Below, piece after piece: positions 52,395 through 64,000 of a stretch of 64,000 bases of DNA. Position 1 is the first letter of the stretch. The number at the start of each line of letters is the position of its first letter. A program made the translations under genes and the position numbers. The stretch comes from Tubiluchus corallicola (Eukaryota; Animalia; Priapulida), in NCBI GenBank assembly GCA_030141605.1, contig JAQGDQ010000001.1, forward strand, positions 992,001 to 1,056,000, read 5' to 3'. A model generated the notes under the pieces. The model was not told the DNA's origin and did no database searches. It saw only the letters and a program-made list of their open reading frames with translations.

Positions 52395-54095
52395 GAGCGG
52401 TTTTAGGCAACTACCCACGCAGGCGCATTTTCGAATTTAAAGGCGTGAATGCCAAGGTGAAGTTCACGAATAATATACACTAATATTAACTATCATCATC
52501 ATCTGCGTCAACGGTCCGTTTCACTTATTACAGAACAACAATATAAATTCATATTACAACCAATTTGTGCTAAAAATAGGCGAACCTCAACTGGCCCCTT
52601 TGTTACGGATGTACTAAATGGTATCACATATTGGTTTCGCTAGTATACTGTGAAAAATGGTCTCGTGCATTAATTTTATAGGGGGGCATTCGTATTACAT
52701 TTTGAAAAGCGTTGTAGGCCGTATATTTTTTAAATGAAGAAAGTGTACATATTTGTAGATAGTGTCTTTATAATGATTATTCTCGGTCACTTTAAATGCT
52801 CACAAGCTAATAGGATTATATAATTGGTTGTTAATTCCTGCACACATAGCTGTCAATCCCGAGATTCTGGTCGCTCAACTCAACTGAATAAAAGAGTACT
52901 TGTTCTCCTAGTATCCATTAAAAATTGCTGTTTTTTACTTTTTGAATGTCTAGCAAAAGACACCTGTTAAATTTATGGTTTTTTGTAGCTTTGCAAAATC
53001 ATTATTATTGAAACCGCAATAACTTCGAAAAGTGGCGCGCGTGTATTAATTCTTTAAATTGCAACTTTGTCGGCATTTTGCCAAAAATAAGTCGGAACTT
53101 TGTTTCAAGTAGAGCTGAATGTGCGTGTTGGTGGTCTTGTGTTAGAGACATTAACTTCAAGAAATGTAGTAACTTTTGCTCTGGACACTCTTGAAGATCT
53201 CTTCTCGCATGCCACATCTGCCATGTCCCACTTAGATTTGTATTTCTAGCTTATAAAAGTGCTAAAACTTTAGTTCTAGAAATTCTCTCCCCTGACATTT
53301 AGTGCGGTAAACCAGTAAATATAATTCTCCTTTCATAACGTGGACACGACCGGCTATTTTTAGCAACTTATATTGCAATAATTGCACTTCCTTCTGTAAT
53401 TTCATGGCAAGTTTTCTAAAAATAGCATAGAACAGTGTTTCGCAGTGTAGTTGAACTCATTATTAAATCGTGGTAATTATTCACGCTACCTGAAATAAGC
53501 ATCTGTTGTGATTCCGATTATGATTGCTTCAAATTGCTGATATTATGGTAATGGAACGTCGAAAATAGCCTTTCGAAATAGGAATTTATGATTAGGAGTG
53601 GTTAAAAAAGTTCTTGCGCGCACGGTATTTTTCTATATAATATTCCTTTGCTTAAAAACATCTATGGCCCATCAAGTTTTATGAGAAGGATCATGGGGCA
53701 GAAGATCAGACATTTCATTAATTAATTAATTTATTTATTCGTCACTCAGCCGTTCACATTTGTTCATTTAGGCGTACTTGTTTATTCATGTTATCATTTT
53801 AAATTTTGAAAATTGTGGACTAAAATGTCCTTGTTAGCTTGGAATGGAAAAAAAGCAGGCAAAGGTGTGCTGAAACAACAACTAAATAAAAAAATGCAGT
53901 AAATAAATAAGTTGTTTAAAGTGAGTGAGTAATTTAATATTTACATCTGAACACTCGCTTCATGTTCCAAAGTTCTTATAAAAACTTTGCTCATTTCTCA
54001 CCCCACTCATTTTATGAGTGAAGGCGTCAAATATAAACATATTCTTCAAGGCTTTGAAAAAACAGAACTGCAAAAACAAAAAGTGCTTAATACAA

Positions 54096-54307
54096 AAGTA
54101 ATCATGTATTATGTAGAAATAATGAACAAACTTCATTGATGCTATAAATTAATTTGATATAAAACGAAATCACCGAATTTATTGCTACTAGACTGAAAAA
54201 CAAGTAATCATGTATTATGTAGAAATAATGAACAAGGTTCATTGATGCTATAAATTAATTTGATATAAAACAAAATCATCGAATTTATTGCTACTGGACT
54301 GAAAAAC
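54096..54307. repeat. Tandem duplication, 2 x 106 bp
   Basis: aagtaatcatgtattatgtag..gactgaaaaac starts at 54096 and 54202 with few substitutions. Confidence 0.9.
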
Positions 54308-54745
54308 TAAACGATTTTTTGCAATATAAAGAATTACTGCTGTAGGTAAACCTTTGCTGTACATTCAAAGGTTTAACACAGATACATAAATCCTTCAGCT
54401 AAAATTAGGTTCATAGTGAGTTTGAGTTAAAAACACTTTTGGCAGCGTAGACTATGTATTAGGCATTGTACGCAGTCGTATTCAGGAACGCTAGTTAGGC
54501 CCATCGATTTGTCAATATCAACTAACGCCGAGAAATATTTGTTATTATTTAAATTGACAAAAATGCAGTACAAATTTAATTACTTTTTTATCTCGGATGT
54601 TAAATTAATGTAAACATAGGATGCGACGTATTCGTTTGATGTCAAATATCATTTTCTGGGAAAGATCATGATCATATGATTGTGTATTTTTTATAATTAA
54701 TTATTGGAATTGTGTTACTTGTATGTACTGCATTTCTGTCTTTGT

Positions 54746-55513
54746 CAGTGGCGTCGTGCTATAGGGGCCCGGGGGGGGCCTGCCCCCCCCCAATTGTTCA
54801 CAAAATGTCAAAAATTTTAAGGGTTTTGGCGGCTTGTAATGAGATCAATAAGGTGTAAAATTTTGAGGAACGGTGAAATCTCCCACTGTAGCATGATATG
54901 CGATTTTATAAAACATAGGTATGATTATTGATTGAATCTAACGTCAAGATGGAGAAAGTCACGACTCTTTGCACCTTCTACATGCCTGATCTCGATGAAG
55001 AAACCCTCGAGTTGGAGTACCGCTTGTTCACTCATGCTGTCGCTGCAGACTCTGTTCCTGAACATGTCAACACAAACTGCATTCACTCAGTATACCCTAT
55101 AGTCATCCTGTAATGTATTCATGTTATGTTGTTGGCTTTGACTGTGTTGCTGAATCGTTTAAAAATAACGTTTGTTGTTTGTTCAATATCTTCATCTTGC
55201 CTCGGAATAAAAAGTTTAGTAATTGTTAAAAATATTAAATTAAAGGTACATATGTTTTGGTAGTCGTCTTTTCATCGAATCTTTGGATTCCTGACAGCTA
55301 ATAAATACTTAATTACATTTTAATTTTAAATTAATTTTTAATTTTAATTAAATTTCTGTAGCTACAGCTCTAAGTTAAATGCCAGTTGGGAATAAATAAA
55401 TCGTTTTTCTTGCACGCAAAATACTGGTGTGGGAATTCAAAATTAAACAGTTAAGTTCCGCCATTATATACAGTCGGGGCCCCCCTAATTTTTTTTGGTG
55501 CACGACGCCCCTG
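54746..55513 (+). mobile_element. Non-autonomous hAT element
   Basis: TIR CAGTGGCGTCGTGC / GCACGACGCCCCTG; perfect 8-bp TSD GTCTTTGT (54738-54745 and 55514-55521); the internal peptide LCTFYMPDLDEETLELEYRLF resembles a transposase remnant. Confidence 0.88.
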
Positions 55514-56224
55514 GTCTTTGTATTAAATAATTTGTAAAAACTGTGATAAATACAGGTTTAATATATAGACACTGCAATGTGACAGCACCTTATTGATTTT
55601 AAACACAGTAAAAGTTATAATTTAATATGAATGACTTCAAGATTTCAAAGTAAGTTTTTTGTTATTTAAGGGTAACAGTGTCGCGTAAGCACGAAGTTTC
55701 AGTCTCTCTCAGCAAGTGTTTAATTTCCTATTAATCTCTAAGAATTGTAAAACGCATTTAATAATGATAGAAAAAGTTAAAAAACAATACTTTCTCTTTC
55801 TCTCCCCCACTCCCTCTTTCTCTCTCTTTCTCTCTCTCGATTTATTAAGCGTAATTTAAATAACTGATATTTGTCACGCCAGGCAGCAAAAAAATAGGGA
55901 CGCAGTAAGAATTAGTTTTATCAATACAGATGTAAATATGACACTTTTGCAATTGATGCGTTCTACATAATTATGTGAAAATCTACCAAATTAATAAGCA
56001 ACAGTGTCTTCGGATTAACCAGATTCGAAAGTAAAAATAACCAATTTGTTATATAATCATTTATTTTGCCCAAATCTCTATTAAACAAGTGACCCTAACC
56101 CTAATTTGTAAAAGAAAGGTAGACATTGTGTGGCTTCTGATGTGCTAACTAACTGTTATAGACAGAGACATGTCGACAAACAGCAAATAACTGAAGGTCA
56201 TTCATTATACATAATTATGATAAA

Positions 56225-56808
56225 CTCGGTCAAATAGGATAAATGGGTCTAATGTCGGACAACGAGTTTTACGTTTTCCTAAAAAAACCTGAACGTTAAG
56301 TCGCTTCTTATCTGATGCTTTCCTGCCACGCTTTATAAAGCATCATATTTGTCTGTTAATTATACAACTCACTGATGCATTGTCCGACTTTATCCAAAAG
56401 GCTAGGCTAATGTCGGACGATTGAATTTTTGTGTCAGACTTTCACCCGGAATTAATTGTTTATGTAGGTAAATAACATTGATTGTTTGGCTATTTGAACC
56501 AAAATGTAAATACAAAATGGTTTTAATCGATTTAGAAACATGGGGAGAAAACCGTTACTGAAACCGCTGGTGCCGCAAATATTAAAAACTTATCATCTGA
56601 CACTGCATATTATTCAACAATGAACAACCCGGATAAAATGGCTGCGAGCTATTGGCGCGTGCCTATTCTGTTCTACATGTATAACATCTCTCTCGTGTCG
56701 TCACTGCTTAATCTCAATGTTACAAATCATTTAAACGAATTTAAATGCGATAACCACATAATGGTTAATTACGTCCGACATTATCTGCAAGTGTCCAACT
56801 TTACCCCA
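56225..56808. mobile_element. Degenerate MITE with TAATGTCGGAC / GTCCGACATTA inverted subterminal repeats (pogo-like)
   Basis: Left gggtctaatgtcggaca; right gtccgacattatc..gtgtccaactttacccc. Confidence 0.45.
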
Positions 56809-58698
56809 TTTTTTAAAAGACGTAAGAAAGCGTTTAATTATCACAGTATTTTACATTTTATGGTTGACAAAATCTTGGTACCATTTCGTAAGGCAAATTA
56901 CCTCTGTGATTTTCTTGAATGTCTATGCCTCTGCATTACAAAAATGTCTGGTGGACCTTCCTACGGCAAAGCTGTGTGGGCAGTAATGGCCTATTTGTGA
57001 GACCATCCTCAAAAAGCTATGTTTACGCAAATTTGTACGTTGTACACAATGCTGTAGATACACAAATTTTAAGAGTTTACTCTGTCTAGTTTTATACTGT
57101 TCACCAATGTGGATAGTAGTAGAAAAAAATCGTGACTGGCATATCAGGGCGGCGCACTACCTTAAAAACAGTCCATCTCAGAATAGCCTAAAATGTGTTT
57201 AAAGATAATTTGCTTATTTTTCTCAGGCTATTTTGTTTTCCTTCTGTAAGTTTTTACCTACATAGTATAGGCCCACTACTCTCGACATAGCTATATAAAA
57301 TTCCTGCATCAGTTATTGAGAGTGGGGCAGTAGTTGGGCGTGGGGCATTTTGTGAAACCATACCCGAAAAGCCATGCTAAAGTAAAATTCTTTTTGTTTT
57401 AGTTCCCCTATATTCCAATGTTACTCACCTAACTTGCAATAAAGCAACGTATATTACTGCATTGATTATTATAATAGCGTGTAACATAATTTTTCCTCAA
57501 TTTATGGCCATTTCGAAAATGCCTCCCCATTCCATTAAAACAGCCAGAAATAAGACAGCAATTCTAAATAACTATGGAAGTTTTTGCTGAATCAGTCAAA
57601 GTGGTTTATTTAGGATATTGCAGCAATGATCAGGCTGAAACAACAACAACAAAATAATTACATATAATACTGCCATAGTGCATATAGCGTATGTGCAAAT
57701 ATAAATGTTTCGAATTATACTAATTTAAGAATTGTACCTTTGATCACAAAAGTAAAATTGCAAATAAAATACCGTTCTAAATACTAAACATCTGCTTGAC
57801 ACCGTATTAAGTTCTTATTGTTAAATGTGTTAAAAATTGCCTCCCGGACAACAGCAATACGGGTACTCTTCACATGCTGAAATCTTCGAGATCCTGTAAA
57901 TTCTCCCTTTCTTGGAACTTTTATCAGATTAAATCGTTTTATTTTATGCATTGAATGTTACCTTTACCTAATCAAAATCTCAAATCTGTGACTATACGCA
58001 AATATGGTACTTATTTTGGCTGCGGTAATAACTATCTCATGATGTGAACCTTATCAACTATATCGTTCCTGGCCTTTTAATGAGCATGTAATCCTGTTTA
58101 GCCTAGGTTACCGTATATGGCAAATAATGTGAATTGTTTGGCACGTAAATTTGTTGCCATGGTTACTGTTTATCTTAGGGCAACATCATTAAATAACAGG
58201 TCTATATTAAAAATAGTTTTGAAAACCTCGATTTTTAAAATTATGTGAACTGACAACAAATCTTGACACACAGGAGAAGCAGTAATTGCTATAACAACGC
58301 CTTGATGACCTTTACCTCAACAATAATATAGTGGCAGCTGCTATGTTACAGCATACTTTAGTTACCTAAATATTTACAGTTTCTTGCAGAAAAACTATTA
58401 GAAAGCTTGCAATTCGAAAAAACGTGATTATTATAAGAAATGCAACTAATAAATGCACTTACCCAGCAACCTCGCCCTATCGTAAGTTGAGGCTGCTACC
58501 ATAAGTTAAGTTTTTTATATTATATTTATATTATACATTCCTTTTAAATGAAATTCTTGTAAAATTTCAACATTCCTCCCTTCAATAATCACATATCTCC
58601 ATTATTTTACTATAAAATGTTATTTTACTATAAAAATTAAAAGCAATACAAGATAATTGTACAACTACGCTGCTAAGGTGTATCTTCGGGCATGTGCT

Positions 58699-58989
58699 AT
58701 TGCATTATTATGTCCTGTACACATAAGCTACAGCAAAAATATAATAATATGCGTTGAAGATTCTCAAACACATTGAATTGAATCTACTTATAAAGTGTTT
58801 TTATAAAAATCTCTTGTATTGTTATAAAAATGTCTTTGCAAAATTGCATTATTATGTCCTGTACACATAAGCTACAGCAAAAATATAATAATATGCGTTG
58901 AAGATTCTGAAACACATTGAGTTGAATATACTTATAAAGTGTTTTTATAAAAATCTCTTGTATTGTTATAAAAATGTCTTTGCAAAATT
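58699..58989. repeat. Tandem duplication, 2 x 144 bp
   Basis: attgcattattatgtcctgtacac..gtctttgcaaa starts at 58699 and 58843, nearly identical. Confidence 0.92.
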
Positions 58990-59187
58990 CCCGTGGAACG
59001 TGCTGGGCAAATGACTGTGTGTTCAAAAACCAGAGGGAAAATTACTACCAACTAGGTACATTGAGCATTGGACTGTAACGTCAACCATAACGCGAGTGAC
59101 AACGGACCACCAGTCAACCACACAATATACACCGGGTTCACTAACTCTTTGATTGAGTTTTCTCTTGGTAAATCATTTATAGTGATG

Positions 59188-59403
59188 TTATTCATTCAGT
59201 AATTTATTTATTGATGTTTTCGCTTGGTGAGAGGATGACGAGCTATCGTTGTCTTCCTCCTTGTTTCTTATCCACGCACTGTACTCATTTAGCGTTTCTG
59301 GAAGGTTGCGAGAAGCCGTTTCAGGTAGCAACATGATCGTTAGGCCTGCCGCTATAGCCAAAATCCCAAAAAGGATGGGCGGAGCAGCAGGAGCTATATC
59401 TTT
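59188..59403 (-). CDS. SLC22/organic cation transporter-like (MFS), last exon
   Basis: tttcag|AAA GAT; PPILFGILAIAAGLTIMLLPET..LPETL (TM12 and PET motif); stop at 59188-59190. Confidence 0.88.
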   Translation of the reverse strand, partial: KDIAPAAPPILFGILAIAAGLTIMLLPETASRNLPETLNEYSAWIRNKEEDNDSSSSSHQAKTSINKLLNE

Positions 59404-59481
59404 CTGAAAAATCAAAGAAAATGTTTTTAAATTCATATATGCAGCACATTCTACGGCAAATGTTAGTGTATGTAAGTTTAA

Positions 59482-61025
59482 AGGGAAATGGAAGCACTCT
59501 CTAAAATAGGGCTGAAAGTAATTCCCATACAGCATATTTTAAAATCGCTTACCTGTTAACATAGTCCAAAGCTTTGTTTTACCAGGAGAATTGATTGAAC
59601 TCAATGATAGCAGCCTGCTACGCGCCATCTTGGTTTTCACCTGGACGGCCCCACAGTTTTAACCCATTTTTAAGTCCGATAAAGATACATATCTCAACAC
59701 AGTTAATACTGCAAAAGCGTTTCTGATAATTAAACAATAGATAGATTAAAGACTTAATTTAGCGAGCCCAACTATTGCGGACATCACAATCTAACATAAT
59801 TTTCAACAGCAAAGATATTCCACGAGTGTATTGCACGTGTTTGCGGAAATGTGTTGTACTAAAACTAGGCACGTTTTAAGATAGAAATTCAGATTTCAAA
59901 TTTGCTGCTGTGCTCGCGCGTGAGCTGCCGAACGTGTGTAGTTCGTCACAAACTGACACATCTGAACTGAGAGGTACAACACCTGTCTAACTAGCGAATG
60001 ACGAAATGCATGTAACAGCGAAAAACTAGCAGTGCAAACGTGAAATTATGTTTGTGTGATAAAATTCTTTCACGTAAGTCATTTTTGAAAAATAGTATGT
60101 TTCCTTTCAATATTTTAAAGAGCAGATTGTTTTGACTTATAGTTTAAGATTGGGTCCGGTTCTGCTTTAAACAGCGATACGTACTGTATTTACAGATGTA
60201 CTATAGGTTATAGATGTACCGGTTTGTCCACTTAATAATTATTTTTTGGTTTTATATTAACCATTTTTAAATGCGAGAGCGCTCTCCTGAGACTTGTCAT
60301 CTTTAGCAGAGAAAAACGTAATGGTCTTTATAGTCTCAAGGATTACAATATTTATTAGTAGCTTTCGCCCTAGCGGGCCTCATCAGCTGAATAGAAAGTG
60401 CTGGTAACCCTGAGAGGCTACTGAATAATTATTATAATATTTGAAACTATAAAGGGAATTAATTACGTTTTCTCTGTTAACTACTTTTAGTTTAGTTAAG
60501 GATACACAATTTAGGCAAGGAGATTCAGCTTGGGGTTTGATGGAGTGCTATAAGCTCCCATTGTGGGATCCGGAGTCTCGATTTCTTCAAACGAGCAAAT
60601 TAAAATTTTGCAAAAATGAGATTTAATAGAGATTTTGTTTCTTAGTTGTGTTCATTTGTATGAGTGGTACATGGTACCAAGCAACATTATCAAGGCATGA
60701 CAGTGTTAAGCTCTACTTGACTCGGGCTTCGATGGATTGCTTCGATGAAATAAAAAATAAAAAGGTATAAAGGCACAGGTATAAAGATAGAATATATATT
60801 TCCGCTTGCTAATAAATCGCATAAATATTGTAAAGAAAATCCACGTTCGCCGTATCCTGACCGCTGAGCGGCGTCCCGATCAGCGGAGTGCACTTCAAAA
60901 TTGAAATGGCAAAATGCAGGTTGTTTCACGGTGAGGCCTTAAACTCCAAGGAAGGTATGCGCTTTGCATTTTCACTGTAAGAACATTAATTTAAACCTTA
61001 CTTCATAAACTGCGTCCATTTCCCT
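59482..61025. mobile_element. TTAA-flanked non-autonomous DNA transposon (Kolobok-like), copy 2, in the last SLC22 intron
   Basis: TTAA|AGGGAAATGGAAGCA ... TGCGTCCATTTCCCT|TTAA (15-bp TIR, 1 mismatch). Confidence 0.75.
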
Positions 61026-61220
61026 TTAAGCTTCTAGAAAGTCTGTATGATTTCTTCAGTTGATTTGATATTTTGATTAATAAAATGTTCTCAGTTCGCG
61101 GCAGTGGTTTGTTGTTTTGCGACACTAACTTGATAGTAATTACGAAATTTATTTTGAATGCAGCATTTTCTAGACAGGAAGTTATTAAAAGTGACTCTGT
61201 ATAAAAATAAAAATACTCAC

Positions 61221-61293
61221 AAGGTATACTGCAAAAGGCGCTACTGCACCTCCAACTCTTGCGCTAAAAGAGGAGATACCAAGCCCGGTAGTT
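61221..61293 (-). CDS. SLC22-like transporter, internal exon
   Basis: tttgcag|A ACT ACC..CTT|gtgagt; RTTGLGISSFSARVGGAVAPF. Confidence 0.88.
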
Positions 61294-61608
61294 CTGCAAA
61301 AATAGCTTAAGATAAAATAAGAAATTAAAACATGATTCAATGAAGCAATATGCAGTCGAATCACGTGACTCCTACTATTAATTAGACATTAATATCATGC
61401 ATTTGGAATTAATATCAAGCAGTGGAATACATATAACACTAACATTGCTTGTTTTTGACACTTTGCAGATACTTTAATCCAGAATAAACTCGCGTTTTGA
61501 GAAAATATTTATCAGGTTTAACTGTTTTTAATACTAGCATGTACTACTATTTCATAATACACGTTCGTTTCCATTTCTGTAATTATTAGGAGCAAAACTG
61601 ACACTGAC

Positions 61609-61726
61609 CGAGCTACAGTAGGATAAACTTCTGATGTAATCAAATAGATGGCGCTGAACGTTGCTGTGATTCCGTATTTGCCAGTGAGATTCAATGCAAT
61701 TATCAGCGGCGTCAAATCCGCGGCCC
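61609..61726 (-). CDS. SLC22-like transporter, internal exon
   Basis: ttacag|GG GCC..GCT CG|gtcagt; GKYGITATFSAIYLITSEVYPTVAR (ELxPT motif). Confidence 0.88.
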
Positions 61727-62228
61727 CTGTAATAAAATGTGACTTTTCATCAGTTATGATAATCCACGTTCAGGATTCGTCTTAATTAACTACAGAATCA
61801 CTAATTACACTAATTTTTGTCATCACCTACATTTTTGAACTCACATCTATAGACTCACCTGACATGTTTAATCTTGAAAGTATCGTCAAATCGGTAATAT
61901 CATATATTATGTACACATCAATATTAAGAATAATTTAATTATTACACTTGCTCGACTTTTTCATATAAACCTGAAGGAGAAAGGTGAGCAGGTTGCCTGA
62001 GCACATTTCCAGGCACCATGTGACAGGGAAAGTTAGTCTTTTGTATTTGAAATCACTGTGAGAGCTTTCTGTTTAAAGAAGCAAGGTTGGAAATATGTAA
62101 AGTACAATAAAAATTATGACTACGTCAAATGCATGCAACTAAAAAACACCAAAATTAATTTACACATCACAAAAATTAATCACCGTACATTACCGTTTAC
62201 GACTCAGTTTTCATTTAGCAGTACTTGC

Positions 62229-62314
62229 CTGCATTTTCAGGGATAAAGTACACGAAAAGTAATGGAAGACCTGCCAGTACATGGAGAATTAATGTTGGTA
62301 TTCTTCTTCCCCAC
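62229..62314 (-). CDS. SLC22-like transporter, internal exon with a GC donor
   Basis: gcttag|G TGG GGA AGA AGA (WGRR loop)..GCA G|gcaagt. Confidence 0.82.
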
Positions 62315-62674
62315 CTAAGCAATTAAAAACCAGTTATTACATGCTTAACTTAGAAAATTACATGCTGTATAAGTTAGTTTTAACACACATTTTTATATTT
62401 ATGGTTAATAGAAGGCTGCCAAAAAAGAAACATTTCTATGAGATCCTTCAATGTTGCACACCGTACTACGGACTCTACAATTTAAACATTACACTATATA
62501 TGATTATAATTTCGCAGATTTTTAAGATTAAGATTTTGCAAGTATATTCTGTTTCCGAAAAGTATATCTGTAATTTTATATTATAATTATGTATCTAACG
62601 TGAAGCAAATTAAACTTGTATTAAATAATTTTCATTGCGTGAGAAAGACAGAAAATAGGTCAAGGTCTACTTAC

Positions 62675-62809
62675 GGCCTAAGAATGTACATGCAAGTGAC
62701 ATAGGCCGGCACTTCAATAGCCCCAGATAGGAAAAAATTGAGGTATTTGTTTCCCGCTAATGTGTTTGTTCCCAGAGATAAACCATAATATACTAACGCG
62801 TTGACAGTC
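62675..62809 (-). CDS. SLC22-like transporter, internal exon
   Basis: ttcag|G ACT GTC..AGG CC|gtaagt; WTVNALVYYGLSL..GNKYLNFFLSGAIEVPAY. Confidence 0.9.
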
Positions 62810-62904
62810 CTGAAAACAATAACAAATCCATGTAATTAAGTTATTAATTTATGTAGTCATTTACTGAAGCAAAATTGACGGATTTCACAAAGCAGTACAG
62901 TAAT

Positions 62905-63310
62905 ACATAGTATAGTATGGCATAGTGTGTGGTGTGGTGTGGTATGGTATGGTATGGTATGGTATGGTATGGTATGGTATGGTATGGTATGGAATGGTAT
63001 GGTATGGTATGATATGGTTTGGTATGATATGGTATGGTGTGGTGTGGTGTGGCGTGGCGTGGCGTGGCGTGGCGTGGCGTGGCGTGGCGTGGCGTGGCAT
63101 GGCATGGCATGGCATGGCATGGCATGGCATGGCATGGCATGGCATGGCATAGTCTAGTCTAGTCTAGTCTAGTAGTCTAGTCTAGTATAGTATAGTATAG
63201 TATAGTATAGTATAGTATAGTATAGTATAGTATAGTATAGTATAGTATAGTATAGTATAGTATAGTATATTAGTATAGTATAGTATAGTATATTATCGTA
63301 TCGTATCGTA
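62905..63310. repeat. Compound pentanucleotide microsatellite (GTGTG/GTATG/GCGTG/GCATG/GTCTA/GTATA blocks)
   Basis: Direct reading. Explains the five MPCHA/WYGMV ORFs. Confidence 0.95.
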
Positions 63311-63659
63311 CATATAGTTCGTATTCAATACTATAAATACAACAGTAAAATGCATATTTACGCAATGGCACATTTCGCCAGTGTGTCATTCACCAGTGCA
63401 TAAAGAATGGCTTCAGCGCCATTAAATGTTACTAGTCTTGTGAAAACCTTGTGAAATGCATATTTCATATAGAGCGCCATTATTACTATTTTATATGAAG
63501 CATTCATTAAGTCGAATCCTAAAAACATTTAATATCATAATTATTATGCTTCGTGAAGTATCTTATTCAAGTAGGTTGCATTTTTAATAAAAATCTAACA
63601 TAATTAATGACTATGTTAGATTATTTTGCTTAAAATAAAAAAAGCTAAGGAAACCTTAC

Positions 63660-63887
63660 CATATTAGCACAATTATAATGGCATATGTTCTCAGGTATGG
63701 TGTGAGTAAAACACCAATTAAATTTATTTTTGCTTTGTCGTTGGCTTTCTTAGTAGGGGTCGGAACTTTTAACTTTAAGTCTTTTGGAATGGAGACTTTG
63801 CTGAATTTTGCCAGTTTTCTTATTAAAGCTTCACCATCTTCAACCCGGCCATGAGTGACTAAATAGTGAATGGATTCCGGAAGAGTC
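63660..63887 (-). CDS. SLC22-like transporter, most upstream exon in the window (central loop)
   Basis: ttctag|G ACT CTT CCG GAA TCC..ATA TG|gtaagg; LPESIHYLVTHGRVEDGEALIRKLAKFSKV (variant of PESPRWL). Earlier exons lie beyond 64000. Confidence 0.85.
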
Positions 63888-64000
63888 CTAGAACAAAATT
63901 AGAACAAAAATGTTAACCAAGTTCCGTGGTTGATTTGTTTCCGAACCAATAAGAAGCAGTACCAACAATGCGTTTATTTGCTACTTATATACACTTGATT

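Noticed and set aside
56620-57000. 126-aa ORF between the P450 and SLC22 genes
   Set aside because: It overlaps a MITE end, has no recognisable motifs and has no splice support.
63096-63150. (GCATG)n block as an RBFOX-binding array
   Set aside because: SLC22 is transcribed from the minus strand, where the block reads (CAUGC)n and contains no GCAUG.
62844-63157. Five overlapping ORFs of MPCHA / WYGMV repeats
   Set aside because: They are translations of a pentamer microsatellite inside an SLC22 intron.

Overview
AT-rich, intron-containing genomic DNA from an animal, probably an invertebrate; the taxon cannot be fixed from this window. Seven protein-coding genes were reconstructed by reading splice sites and codon phases by hand. 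(1) YME1L1/FtsH i-AAA protease: 3' part, one uninterrupted exon (1-1092, +). (2) BROX: single-exon CDS (8322-9584, +). (3) ZNF598-type ribosome-quality-control E3 ligase: 6 exons, about 899 aa (23956->13521, -). (4) GAPR-1/GLIPR2-type CAP protein: 4 exons, about 150 aa (25925-36762, +). (5) TPR + SMYD-type SET/MYND protein with an extra C-terminal MYND finger: 2 exons, about 592 aa (48455->41891, -). (6) Intronless clan-2 (CYP1-like) cytochrome P450 with an atypical I-helix (52328->50763, -). (7) SLC22-type transporter: the last six exons, one intron being GC-AG (63887->59188, -). Introns and intergenic DNA hold a 5'-truncated RTE LINE, several hAT MITEs (one with a 5-bp TSD), TTAA-flanked Kolobok-like elements, a twice-present composite element with a nested Helitron-like unit, microsatellites and two local tandem duplications. 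I found no CRISPR array, rRNA, credible tRNA or convincing novel multi-gene system. The best leads are the SMYD domain architecture, the unusual P450, the FPxL motif array in ZNF598, and selective intron loss.
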